From positions 721-64,720 of the forward strand of contig JASMLZ010000068.1 of the NCBI GenBank assembly GCA_030748435.1: 64,000 bases of DNA, given 5' to 3'. The position numbers and the translations under genes were made by a program. Shown piece after piece: positions 37,767 through 49,399 of this stretch. Position 1 is the first letter of the stretch. The number at the start of each line of letters is the position of its first letter. Below the pieces are notes generated by a model that ran no database searches, was not told the origin of the DNA, and saw nothing but the letters and a program-made list of their open reading frames with translations. The stretch comes from Gammaproteobacteria bacterium (GTDB lineage Bacteria > Pseudomonadota > Gammaproteobacteria > Pseudomonadales > Balneatricaceae).

Positions 37767-38810
37767 TCAACCGGGGCTCATGCCTCGCAAGCGCTCGGAG
37801 CGGCGGCGTAACAGTTCTAATACAGTCAGCAAAATAACTGACATCAATACCAAAATACTGGCCACGGACAGGATAGTAGGGGAGATCTGTTCACGAATAC
37901 CGGAGAACATTTGGCGTGGAATAGTGCGTTGATCTACATCGGCAATAAACAGTACAGCCACTACCTCATCCAAAGAGGTAATAAAAGCAAACAGGGCGCC
38001 AGAAATCATGCCCGGTAAAATCAAAGGCATAATAATGCGTCGGAAGGTGATCCAGCCATTGGCACCCATATTTTGGGCGGCCCGTACCAGACTCATATCA
38101 AAGCCACTAAGGGTTGCTGTGACAGTAATAATAACAAAGGGTACGCCCAGAGTTACGTGAGCCAAAATAACCCCTGCATAGGTCTTGGCCAGCCCGATAC
38201 CGGAATAGAAGAAAAACATACCAGTGGCGGTAATAACCAGGGGTACGATCATGGGTGAGATCAAGAGGCTGGTAATCAGTGCTCGATAGGGCATTTCCGG
38301 GCGCGACAAGCCAAGTGCAGCCAGCGTTCCCAAGGAGGTGGCAATAATGGTTGATACAGTGGCAATAAAGAAGGAGTTGCGGGCGGCTTTTATCCACTGT
38401 GCATTTTCCCACATATCGGCCCACCAGCCTTCAATCGCTTGCGGTGCAGCCATACCGTTATGCAGAATATCCATATACCAGCGGGTGGAGAAGGCTTCTG
38501 GATCCAGACTGAGCATACCTTCGGTAAAGGTAAAGTATGGTTCTGCATTAAATGACAGTGGAATAATTATGATCACCGGGGTAATCAAAAATACCAGTAT
38601 AGAGGAGCTGATAACCAGAAACATATAACGGCTAAAACGCTCGCCTGTAGTAGCGTATTCTGGCATCTTGGTCATAAAGTACAAAGGCACACCAAACACC
38701 AGTAAGAAACCAATAGCTGCTTTAATCGTTCCAGTTAATAGAGCTACGAAGATGGCAGCGACGAATAGGTAAACCAGTGCTTTGCCTTTTTGCTGAATAA
38801 ATTTATGCAT
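37767..38810 (-). CDS. ABC transporter permease (PotC/AttB-like, polyamine/opine type)
   Basis: It has the binding-protein-dependent transport inner-membrane motif region (AAQNMGANGWITFRRIIMPLILPG). The start was moved to the ATG at 38810, which is preceded by aaggga; the ORF-track start at 38837 is a GTG. Confidence 0.8.
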   Translation of the reverse strand: MHKFIQQKGKALVYLFVAAIFVALLTGTIKAAIGFLLVFGVPLYFMTKMPEYATTGERFSRYMFLVISSSILVFLITPVIIIIPLSFNAEPYFTFTEGMLSLDPEAFSTRWYMDILHNGMAAPQAIEGWWADMWENAQWIKAARNSFFIATVSTIIATSLGTLAALGLSRPEMPYRALITSLLISPMIVPLVITATGMFFFYSGIGLAKTYAGVILAHVTLGVPFVIITVTATLSGFDMSLVRAAQNMGANGWITFRRIIMPLILPGMISGALFAFITSLDEVVAVLFIADVDQRTIPRQMFSGIREQISPTILSVASILVLMSVILLTVLELLRRRSERLRGMSPG

Positions 38811-38837
38811 AATTATAATTTCCCTTATCCTTGTCAC

Positions 38838-40097
38838 TTAACCAAATCTTAGTTTGTCGATGCCAATAAGCTTGTTGTACAGCCAATAAAGAACCAGTAC
38901 GACTACCAGCAGTATTGTTCCCAGAGCGGCACCCAGACTCCAGTTAAGGGATTTCTGAATATGATAAGCAATCAGGTTGGAAATAAGCAGACCATCTTCG
39001 CCACCTACTAAAGCAGGGGTGATGTAGTAACCGATGGCAAGGATAAATACCAACAGGGTACCGGCAGCCAAACCCGGCAACGTCTGTGGTAAATACACTT
39101 TGCGATAGGCATATATGGGCTTGGCACCCATGGATAAAGCGGCGCGCATATAGCTTGGCGGTATGGTTTTCATCACACTGTACAGAGGCAGGATCATAAA
39201 CGGCAACAAAATATGTACCATAGCAATGATGGTACCAGTTTGGTTATAGATCATCTGGATCCGGCCATCATCAGTAATAAAGCCCAAAAATACCAGTATG
39301 TCGTTGATAATGCCTTCCGTTTGCAGGATGGCAATCCAGGCGGTAGTACGCACCAGCAACGAGGTCCAGAAAGGCAGCAAGACCATGATCATTAAAAGGT
39401 TTGACTGACGTAGTGGCAGCACTGACAAGAGGTAGGCCACTGGGTAGGCGAGTAGTATACAAATCAAGGTAATTAGGGCCGAAACCCAAATGGTTTTCAT
39501 AAAGTTGTTAAGATAAATCTGGTATAACTCATCGGCTTGTACTACTTCACCATTTTTGTCATATTTTAAGTCCAGAGCAGCAACGTAGAAGGCCGGAGTA
39601 ATATCGCGTGCGGCACGTTGAATAGTTAACCAGATAGCCGGATTAGCCCATTTCTTGTTGATTTTAATCAGGTTCTCTTTGTAAGGTGCCTCTATTTTTT
39701 TGGCTTTACGGGCGGTGGAGGTAAATAAGCTGCGTGATCCCGGCATTTCATAGTTGATGCGGGTTGCCATATTGCCTACGGTGCGGCCAACCTCACGTAC
39801 CTGTTTGGCTTTGGCCAAGTCTTTTACAAAAATTTCAAAGGTTGATTCGGGTGGTAAACCCTGACCATCCCATTGCAGTATGGCTTCAGCAAAGTTTGGC
39901 ACTACGGCAGAAACCTTATCATTATGGACACTTTGGAATAGCATCTGGCCGATGGGAATAACAAAACTTACTACCAAAAATAATACTAAAGGCAGGGTTA
40001 ACAGCAAGGCACGGCGGCGTTGCAGGGCCGTAGTTCGAGCCAGTTTCTGTTTTAACGGAATACCATCTTCTGTGAGTGTTAAGTCTGCGCTGCTCAT
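38838..40097 (-). CDS. ABC transporter permease (PotB/AttA2-like) with a large extra loop after TM1
   Basis: 419 aa. The EAA-like region is AALSMGAKPIYAYRKVYLPQTLPG, and a hydrophilic insertion of about 150 aa follows the first TM. Confidence 0.8.
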   Translation of the reverse strand: MSSADLTLTEDGIPLKQKLARTTALQRRRALLLTLPLVLFLVVSFVIPIGQMLFQSVHNDKVSAVVPNFAEAILQWDGQGLPPESTFEIFVKDLAKAKQVREVGRTVGNMATRINYEMPGSRSLFTSTARKAKKIEAPYKENLIKINKKWANPAIWLTIQRAARDITPAFYVAALDLKYDKNGEVVQADELYQIYLNNFMKTIWVSALITLICILLAYPVAYLLSVLPLRQSNLLMIMVLLPFWTSLLVRTTAWIAILQTEGIINDILVFLGFITDDGRIQMIYNQTGTIIAMVHILLPFMILPLYSVMKTIPPSYMRAALSMGAKPIYAYRKVYLPQTLPGLAAGTLLVFILAIGYYITPALVGGEDGLLISNLIAYHIQKSLNWSLGAALGTILLVVVLVLYWLYNKLIGIDKLRFG

Positions 40098-40175
40098 AAG
40101 GATAAGATTCTAATTATAAAAATAGAAGGACAGCCCCTATGGACTGTCCTTACGATTAGGCTTTAAGAAAAAGCT

Positions 40176-41261
40176 TTACTTGGTTAGCCAAGCGTTGAAA
40201 CGTTCGTTCAACTGGTCTTGGTTGTCAGCCCAGAACTCAAAGTCGTTCTGTAGAGCATTACCAAAGTTCTCTGGCGCCGTAGGCATATGAGGAGCCATAT
40301 CCAGTTCAGGCTGGTTGTGGTAAGAGCCTACCAGTGGGGCAGAAGACTTACGTACAGGACCATAAGAAATCCAGCTAGCTTGGTCAGCCAGAGCCTGAGT
40401 ACCAGTGGAATACTTGATAAAGTCCATAGTGGCGTCCATGTTGGCAGCACCCTTAGGAATTACCCACAGGTCCAAGTCCCATACCTGGCCATCCCAGTTG
40501 ATTTCGAAAGGCTTGCCTTCAGCGGCCACAGCGTTAAAGATACGGCCGTTGTAGGCAGTAGTCATAACCACTTCACCGTCAGCCAGTAGCTGTGGTGGTT
40601 GAGCACCTGCTTCCCACCATACGACGGAATCTTTAATGGTATCCAGTTTGGCGAAAGCGCGGTCAATACCTGCTTCAGTATTCAGCATGTCGTAAACTTC
40701 AGCAGCAGGAACGCCGTCAGCCATCAGAGCCATTTCCAGGTTTGGCTTAGGACCCTTGCGCAGGCCACGCTTGCCTGGGAACTTGTCCAGGTCAAAGAAG
40801 TCAGCCATACCGCTTACACCTTGAGTCTTGGACTTGTCATAGGCAAAGATGGTAGACCATACAATATTACCTACAGCACATTCGGTGACAGTGCCAGGCA
40901 GGAAGTCGTCAGCGGCTGGAGTGCCGTCAGCGCCAGCAGGCAGAACAGATGGATCGATAGTTTCAAGGATACCCTCGTCACAACCACGCACAGCATCAGA
41001 CAATTCAACGTCTACCAGGTTCCAGGTAACGTTACCTGCTTCAACCTGTGCTTTAATTTCGGCCAGACCACCACTGTAGTCTTCGGAAACAATGGTGTTA
41101 CCGGACTCAGCCATCCAAGGCTTATGATAGGCTTCGACCTGAGATTTGGTGTAAGCACCACCCCAGGATACAACGGTAATTTCGTCGGCTTGTACGGAGC
41201 CGGCAACGACTGCAGCGGAAACAGCTGTAGCGATCAACGTCTTGTTGATTAATTTGTTCAT
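40176..41261 (-). CDS. ABC transporter periplasmic substrate-binding protein (PotD/PotF/AttC family)
   Basis: 361 aa with signal peptide ...AGSVQA. The fold is family-1 SBP-like (ITVVSWGGAY...), and a strong RBS AGGAG precedes it. Confidence 0.75.
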   Translation of the reverse strand: MNKLINKTLIATAVSAAVVAGSVQADEITVVSWGGAYTKSQVEAYHKPWMAESGNTIVSEDYSGGLAEIKAQVEAGNVTWNLVDVELSDAVRGCDEGILETIDPSVLPAGADGTPAADDFLPGTVTECAVGNIVWSTIFAYDKSKTQGVSGMADFFDLDKFPGKRGLRKGPKPNLEMALMADGVPAAEVYDMLNTEAGIDRAFAKLDTIKDSVVWWEAGAQPPQLLADGEVVMTTAYNGRIFNAVAAEGKPFEINWDGQVWDLDLWVIPKGAANMDATMDFIKYSTGTQALADQASWISYGPVRKSSAPLVGSYHNQPELDMAPHMPTAPENFGNALQNDFEFWADNQDQLNERFNAWLTK

Positions 41262-41323
41262 GAATTACTCCTAGTTATTATGTTTTTTTTGTTGCAACAA
41301 ATGTCAGTCAGGCTGCCTGAAAT

Positions 41324-42412
41324 TCAAGCATCCAGAGCCAGACAATCTTCCATTTTCCAGCCAATGGTCACTGTATTGCCTTCTTGTAGTGCGGCGTGAT
41401 TGGCTGAGTTTGGAACCTTGACGATAAAATCGTCGTGACCACATACAGTAAAGCGAGTGCGTATATGGTCGCCATGGTAGATAAGTTCTTTTACTTTGGC
41501 AGAGAAAGTATTTTCTGTATTGCCTTCGCCTGGAGCGACAGTTACGCGTTCAGGACGTAAAGACAGAGTAGTGCGATCACCGACATTATCAACATTGATT
41601 TGTTGAGCAATAATGGTATCACCGCTTTCAGATTTAACGGTTGCCTGACCGTCAGCAAGGGCGGTAACGGTGCCCATAATGCGATTATTTTCGCCAATAA
41701 AGTTAGCCACAAAAGCGTTTTCGGGCTTTTCATATAGTGCTGCTGGTGCGGCACATTGCTGCACGATACCATCGTCAAAAACAGCAATGCGGTTAGACAT
41801 AGTCAAGGCTTCGGTCTGATCGTGAGTAACATATACCACGGTTAAGCCAAGCTGCTCATGCAGATGTTTGATTTCATATTGCATCTGTTCGCGCAGGTTT
41901 TTATCCAATGCTCCTAACGGCTCATCCATCAATACCAAGTCTGGATCGAATACCAAAGAGCGGGCTACTGCGACGCGCTGTTGTTGACCACCAGAAAGCT
42001 GCATGGGGCGGCGGCCACCAAATTCTCCTAGCTGTACCATATCCAACGCCCGCTTGACGCGAGCTTCCCGTTCAGATTTACCCATACCCCGCACTTCCAG
42101 CGGAAAAGCCAGGTTTTCGGCAACAGTCATATGAGGGAACAGGGCATAGTTCTGAAAGACCATGCCGATGCCGCGCTTATAGGGTGGAACTTTGTTGATT
42201 GGCTTGCCTTTAAGGTAGATTTCACCGTGTGTGGCAGGTTCAAACCCGGCCAACATCATTAAACAGGTGGTTTTACCAGAACCGGATGGGCCCAACATGG
42301 TGACAAATTCACCTTGGGCAACATCCAGATTGAAATCTTTTACGACGAGTATTTCGCCATCATAGCTCTTTTGAATATTTTCGAAACGCACCAGAGGGGA
42401 TTCTGCGGACAT
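41324..42412 (-). CDS. ABC transporter ATP-binding protein (PotA-like, with C-terminal TOBE-like domain)
   Basis: It has Walker A GPSGSGKTT, signature LSGGQQQR and Walker B LVLMDEP. The start was moved to MSAESPLVRFENI; the ORF-track N-terminal 35 aa look non-native. Confidence 0.85.
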   Translation of the reverse strand: MSAESPLVRFENIQKSYDGEILVVKDFNLDVAQGEFVTMLGPSGSGKTTCLMMLAGFEPATHGEIYLKGKPINKVPPYKRGIGMVFQNYALFPHMTVAENLAFPLEVRGMGKSEREARVKRALDMVQLGEFGGRRPMQLSGGQQQRVAVARSLVFDPDLVLMDEPLGALDKNLREQMQYEIKHLHEQLGLTVVYVTHDQTEALTMSNRIAVFDDGIVQQCAAPAALYEKPENAFVANFIGENNRIMGTVTALADGQATVKSESGDTIIAQQINVDNVGDRTTLSLRPERVTVAPGEGNTENTFSAKVKELIYHGDHIRTRFTVCGHDDFIVKVPNSANHAALQEGNTVTIGWKMEDCLALDA

Positions 42413-42874
42413 ATTTTTTAGCTCGTTTTGTTCTTTATTATATCGATGTGAGGTCGATCTTTTTTCAAAAGAATACCAACCCTTTGGTTGCTGCAGTCGA
42501 AACCGGTTGGTATTCATGTCGTGTTAGGCCATATCAAGAGGCCAGTTTTTATAGTTTATAAGGGCCATAATATTATATGTCATGGCACTTTTTTGCCTTT
42601 TTTTTTACCAAGACGTCTGCCACCCAAGAAAAAATTTTGCGGCAGAATAGCAAGTTTCATTACATTATCAACGTGACTAGCCATAGGAACTCTACCATTA
42701 AAACATGGTAAAAAAAATGTTTGGTTGCTAGTTGGGTAGGTATGTGTCGCAAATAGAGAAATTCGTCTGTGATGAAAATATCCACTGATTTTTCAAACAG
42801 GTGTGTTAATCATAATTGATTACGGGCCCCTAAGAGAGGTTTGATCAAGCTCCTTATTTTGGCTTTACTGTGGC

Positions 42875-43660
42875 TTATTTATAAACGGCCAGACTATGTG
42901 TGTCGCCATCTACAGTTAATGCCTGTCCGCTTATTTTTGCCCCCAAGTCAGAGAAGCTAAACATAATCATATTGGCTATATCATCAGCGTCCACAAAGGT
43001 TTGCATGGACGTGTTACGCACATTATCCATGCGTACCTTAGCGGTAGATTCACCGGTGGCAGAGGCAATGCTAGCAATCACGCGATCTATGCGCTCGCCA
43101 TTGACTGAGCCGGGGCAAATACAGTTAACTCGAATCTGCTGCGGGCCCAATTCCATAGCCATGGTTTTGGTTAAGCCAACAATAGCCCATTTAGCCGCAG
43201 CATAGGGGCTGCGATTAGGATACCCGTATAAACCAGCAGTAGAAGACAGGTTCATAATGGCGCCTCCCTTAGCTTGTTGTAGCATAGGGATAGCTAGCCG
43301 GCTAACATAGAAGGTGGCATGCAAATTAATATCAAAAGTGGTCTTCCAAGCCTCTATATCGAGGTTCTGTATTGGTCCGGCGGGGCCGGCTATGCCGGCA
43401 TTATTAACCAAAAAATGTAATTCGTTATCAAATAGTTTGCCCAGGTCGGTAAATAAAGCTTGAACACTACTCGGGTCGCCAACATCGGTTTGTGAAGAGG
43501 TGATATCTGGGTATTCAGTTGCCATGCTTTGCAAAGCTGCAGTATCAATATCACAAATATGTACTTGGGCACCGGCTTGGTACAAGGCTACAGCCGTTGC
43601 TTTGCCAATGCCACTGGCACCAGCTGTTATTAAAACCTTTTTGTTACCAATGCCTTGCAT
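42875..43660 (-). CDS. Short-chain dehydrogenase/reductase (SDR)
   Basis: It has TAGASGIGKA, NNAG and a YxxxK triad (YAAAKWA). The start was moved to the ATG at 43660, which is preceded by aagga. Confidence 0.85.
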   Translation of the reverse strand: MQGIGNKKVLITAGASGIGKATAVALYQAGAQVHICDIDTAALQSMATEYPDITSSQTDVGDPSSVQALFTDLGKLFDNELHFLVNNAGIAGPAGPIQNLDIEAWKTTFDINLHATFYVSRLAIPMLQQAKGGAIMNLSSTAGLYGYPNRSPYAAAKWAIVGLTKTMAMELGPQQIRVNCICPGSVNGERIDRVIASIASATGESTAKVRMDNVRNTSMQTFVDADDIANMIMFSFSDLGAKISGQALTVDGDTHSLAVYK

Positions 43661-44084
43661 CTTGTTATCCTTGTTTATTAGCAAGCAAGCTCTGCAGAGT
43701 TCGCCATGGTTATAAGCGTAGGGACGTGGCAACTTCTAAGTTATTGATTTTACAGGTCAGAAGTTGCTGGTTTTCACTCACAATAATGGTTTGACGAACT
43801 GTTCAGAGGCGCCTTTATGAACACTGCTGACACGGTAACGAAAGCAAGGCATGATTACCAAGATTTTCTCATTAGTTTTCTGGTGCCTGAGGGCAAGGGT
43901 TAGTTATGGGTTGGAATGTTGTCTGGCCCATATGCTACTTGGAGTGATAGTGGGGTGGGCTTAGCAGCGGCAGTAGCAACATCAAACTGGACAATTACTG
44001 CATAGGTCGCACAGAGATAAGTTTAGCTCTGGGGCAGTGATTGCCAAGCTACCAATGCAAATGGCTCAGATCTTGTTTGGTTGG

Positions 44085-44933
44085 TTATTCGCCAAACTTG
44101 CTGTTAGTGGGTTGTAGCTCCTGATATTCAGGATCGGTCTTTTGAGCCTTGGCCATAAAGGCCGCCAGCATATCAGTTTCCGGCTGGAACATGCCGGCTT
44201 GCCAGGTTGCTTGATAACGCAGTGACTCAGATACGCCATGGTCCCGGCTATAGTTCAGGTTCTCTTTGCAACCATAAATAGCCATGGGTGAGTGCTTGGC
44301 TATTTGTTCAGCGATCTCCATCACGCCAGTTAGCAAGCTATCGGTATCGTCAAATACCTGATTAACCAAGCGTGCTTGTAGCGCTTCCTGAGCGTACATA
44401 CGTCTGGCTGTGTAGGCCAGTTCACGGGCCAAACCTTCACCAACAAGTCCGGGCAAACGCTGCAAGGTGCCGATATCAGCTGCCAGTCCCAGTTTGGCTT
44501 CTTCTACAGAAGCAAAGGCGTCGGCACTCATATAACGGCAATCACAGGCACAGGCCAAATCCAAAGCACCGCCAATACATCCTCCTTGTATAGCAGCCAG
44601 TACGGGAAAGCGCACCTGTTCTACGCTGGAAATAGTGCTTTGCAATTGCAATACCAGTTGTCGTAAATGTTCATTGCGCCGGCCTGCTTCCTTGGGGCGT
44701 TTAATAGCACCACTATTAAATACCCCCAAATCCATACCCGAGCTAAAGTGCTTACCCGCTCCACTAATCACCAGCACCCGGCATAGGGCTTGTTGGTCCA
44801 GATGGCGCATGGCGGCGGGGAACTCCTGCCAAAAATCCACATTCATACTGTTGTAAGCATCAGGGCGATTAAAACGTAGGTGAGCGACCTTGCTATCGCT
44901 GATTTCGAGAGTGAAGGTTTGGTATGCCATCAT
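44085..44933 (-). CDS. Enoyl-CoA hydratase/isomerase (crotonase) family protein, possibly dienoyl-CoA-isomerase-like
   Basis: 282 aa with a crotonase fold (VISGAGKHFSSGMDL ... GGCIGGALDLACACDCRY). It lies immediately downstream of fadH. Confidence 0.8.
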   Translation of the reverse strand: MMAYQTFTLEISDSKVAHLRFNRPDAYNSMNVDFWQEFPAAMRHLDQQALCRVLVISGAGKHFSSGMDLGVFNSGAIKRPKEAGRRNEHLRQLVLQLQSTISSVEQVRFPVLAAIQGGCIGGALDLACACDCRYMSADAFASVEEAKLGLAADIGTLQRLPGLVGEGLARELAYTARRMYAQEALQARLVNQVFDDTDSLLTGVMEIAEQIAKHSPMAIYGCKENLNYSRDHGVSESLRYQATWQAGMFQPETDMLAAFMAKAQKTDPEYQELQPTNSKFGE

Positions 44934-44955
44934 GGTTGCTCCTTGGGCTAACTAG

Positions 44956-46995
<2,040 letters not shown>

Positions 46996-47049
46996 TTAAC
47001 AATGCCTCTACAGTAGGTGTAAATTGGCTGCGGGTCAAATTGATGACCT

Positions 47050-48213
47050 CTAGGTCATAACTGCATCTTGGCGATAAGGTGTTTGCTGATATGCCCATTG
47101 CATATATTGTTCAACCTGTCTGGTCTCTTGTTGGCAGAATTGCGCTATGGCCGGATCAAAGCCTGTTTCCTGCAACCAATGGTAGGAATGGGTGGCTTGA
47201 GGAGTAAAGCCTCGAGCTAGTTTATGTTCTCCCTGTGCACCGGCATCAAAATGCTTGAGTCCCTTGGCGATACAGTAGTCAATACCTTGATAATAGCAGG
47301 TTTCAAAATGTAGTAGGGGTATGTCTTCAAAGTATCCCCAATAGCGCCCGTATAGCGTCTCTGAGTCTTTAAAGTACCAGGCATAGGCCACAGCTTGAGT
47401 GTTGCCATCAGGTTTGCCTTGACGCTGGGCTTTTATCAGCACAATTTGTTCTGGCATGGTTTGCACCAATAAGCTGAATACTTCGGCATTAAGGTAGGGC
47501 TGACGCCCTCTTATATGATAGGTGTTGGCATAACAAGCATAGAAGTTGGCTATCTCTTGTGCACTAATATCTGCTCCTTCTAGCCAGCAGAAATCGATAC
47601 CTGCCTTTTGGATCTGATGGCGTTCCTTACGTAGCACTTTGCGTTTGCGTGAAGTGAGATTGGCAAGAAAGTTCTCAAACTGGGAATAATGCTGATTATA
47701 CCAATGATACTGGCAGCCCAGACGGCGGTGCCAGGATGTTTTATTGGCTGCTGCCCAGTCCTGTTGCTGGGCAAATAGCCAGTGCCAGCTATAAAAACCA
47801 TACTCGCGTGCCAGAGCAGGCAGCTGTGCACTCAGAAATGCCAGCACTCTAGGTAGATCAGTGTTTGGGGCCAGCAGTATACGTGGCCCTGCGCAAGGCG
47901 TATAGGGAATGGCGGTAACCAGTTTAGGGTAGTATGGACGGCCATAGTGTTTATGGGCTTCGGCCCAGGCAAAGTCAAATACATACTCACCCCAAGAGTG
48001 GTGTTTTATATAGGCAGGTAACAGGGCAACTGGTTGCTTTGACTCGGTAATTTCCATATGCATGGGTTGCCAGCCTGTGTTACTACCCGTGCAGCCACTG
48101 AGTTCTAGGCACTGGTGAAACTGATAGCGAGTAAAGGGTGTATTGGCTGAGATATAACAGTTCCAGGTGGCAGGCGTTATACTCTTGATGCTTTGATGCA
48201 TAATAACTTGCAT
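47050..48213 (-). CDS. FemAB-like/GNAT-fold protein of unknown function (DUF482 family)
   Basis: 387 aa. The N-terminal pattern (W..... NPF..YEF. ALE.SG .. TGW) and the length resemble the DUF482 family, recalled from memory and not verified. Confidence 0.5.
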   Translation of the reverse strand: MQVIMHQSIKSITPATWNCYISANTPFTRYQFHQCLELSGCTGSNTGWQPMHMEITESKQPVALLPAYIKHHSWGEYVFDFAWAEAHKHYGRPYYPKLVTAIPYTPCAGPRILLAPNTDLPRVLAFLSAQLPALAREYGFYSWHWLFAQQQDWAAANKTSWHRRLGCQYHWYNQHYSQFENFLANLTSRKRKVLRKERHQIQKAGIDFCWLEGADISAQEIANFYACYANTYHIRGRQPYLNAEVFSLLVQTMPEQIVLIKAQRQGKPDGNTQAVAYAWYFKDSETLYGRYWGYFEDIPLLHFETCYYQGIDYCIAKGLKHFDAGAQGEHKLARGFTPQATHSYHWLQETGFDPAIAQFCQQETRQVEQYMQWAYQQTPYRQDAVMT

Positions 48214-48442
48214 AAACTGACTATTTAGCTATAGGACAAAAGTTAAGCTTATCATGATGTAGTCTTGTGTGCGTTATAGATAGCATGGTGGTTTACTTGC
48301 TCTTTATACCCATTGCTGGTGGCTCTGTGTGTCCCTTATTTTGCATAACAAAATGTTATTAAATTGGGTGGCTAAATGTTGTTTGACCCTTGCTTTGGTG
48401 GCTTATATGCTTGCTTCTTTATGACTCTTTATTGAGGTGATG

Positions 48443-49387
48443 ATGCAATTTGAAGGAATTTATGTGCCGGTGATCACGCCTTTTGATGCTGACTATGGCA
48501 TCAATGAGAAGGCTTACGGCGACATTATTGAAGGCACTATCGCCGCTGGTATGCAAGGTATTATTGTGGGTGGTACGACAGGTGAATATTATGCCATGAC
48601 CCGTGCCGAACGTATTCGTACCATGGAAATTGCCAAACAGGTGATTAATGGGCGAGTACCACTGATTGCCGGTGTTGGCGCCTTGCGTACGGAAGATGCC
48701 GAAGACTATGCCCGGGAAGCCCTGCGTATTGGTGCTGACTGTATGCTGTTGGGGGCCCCTTACTATGCCTGCCCAACCTCTCTGGAATTAATGCGGCATT
48801 GTTTATCGGTGGCAAGAGCCGCTGATCTGCCCATTATGCTCTATAACTTCCCGGATCGAACCAATGCCCCTATGGATGAAGAATTTCTGCAGCGGGTCAG
48901 TCAGCGGGCCAACTTCTGTGCCATTAAGGAAAGTAGTGGTGATATTAATCGTTTACACCTGTTAGCTCGCCACTACCCCCATATCCAATTGTGTGTGGGT
49001 ATGGATGATCAGGCCCTGGAGTTCTTTGCCTGGGGCGCGCGCAGTTGGGTGGCCGGGGCTTCCAACTTTCTGCCCAAAGAGCATTACGCACTGTATCATG
49101 CTTGTGTCGTTGAGCAAGACTTTGATAAGGGGCGGCGTATTATGACAGCCCTGCTACCTCTGATGAAAGCTCTGGAGCAGGGTGGTAAATTTGTGCAGAG
49201 TATCAAGTTTGGTTGTGAACTGCAGGGTATGTATGCCGGTACAGTGCGTAAACCGTTGCGCGGTCTGACCAAAGATATGCGGCGTGAGTTTGCTGTCGTG
49301 GTGGAAGTGGTGCAAACCACTGTGGCTGGCATCTTGGCAGAATCTGCTCAAGCAAACAAACAACATAAAAGCGTTAAAGCGAACTAG
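48443..49387 (+). CDS. Dihydrodipicolinate synthase/N-acetylneuraminate lyase (DapA) family class I aldolase
   Basis: It has GIYVPVITPF ... GIIVGGTTGEY ... YNFP ... IKESSGD (Schiff-base Lys region). Three in-frame start candidates lie at 48437, 48440 and 48443. Confidence 0.8.
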   Translation: MQFEGIYVPVITPFDADYGINEKAYGDIIEGTIAAGMQGIIVGGTTGEYYAMTRAERIRTMEIAKQVINGRVPLIAGVGALRTEDAEDYAREALRIGADCMLLGAPYYACPTSLELMRHCLSVARAADLPIMLYNFPDRTNAPMDEEFLQRVSQRANFCAIKESSGDINRLHLLARHYPHIQLCVGMDDQALEFFAWGARSWVAGASNFLPKEHYALYHACVVEQDFDKGRRIMTALLPLMKALEQGGKFVQSIKFGCELQGMYAGTVRKPLRGLTKDMRREFAVVVEVVQTTVAGILAESAQANKQHKSVKAN

Positions 49388-49399
49388 GGAGTAGATGAC

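Noticed and set aside
42488-42676. 62-aa plus-strand ORF in the leader of the ABC operon.
   Set aside because: Its sequence is low-complexity and Phe/Pro/Lys-rich, derived from T/A runs. It has no RBS and is antisense to the neighbouring operon. I treat the region as non-coding.
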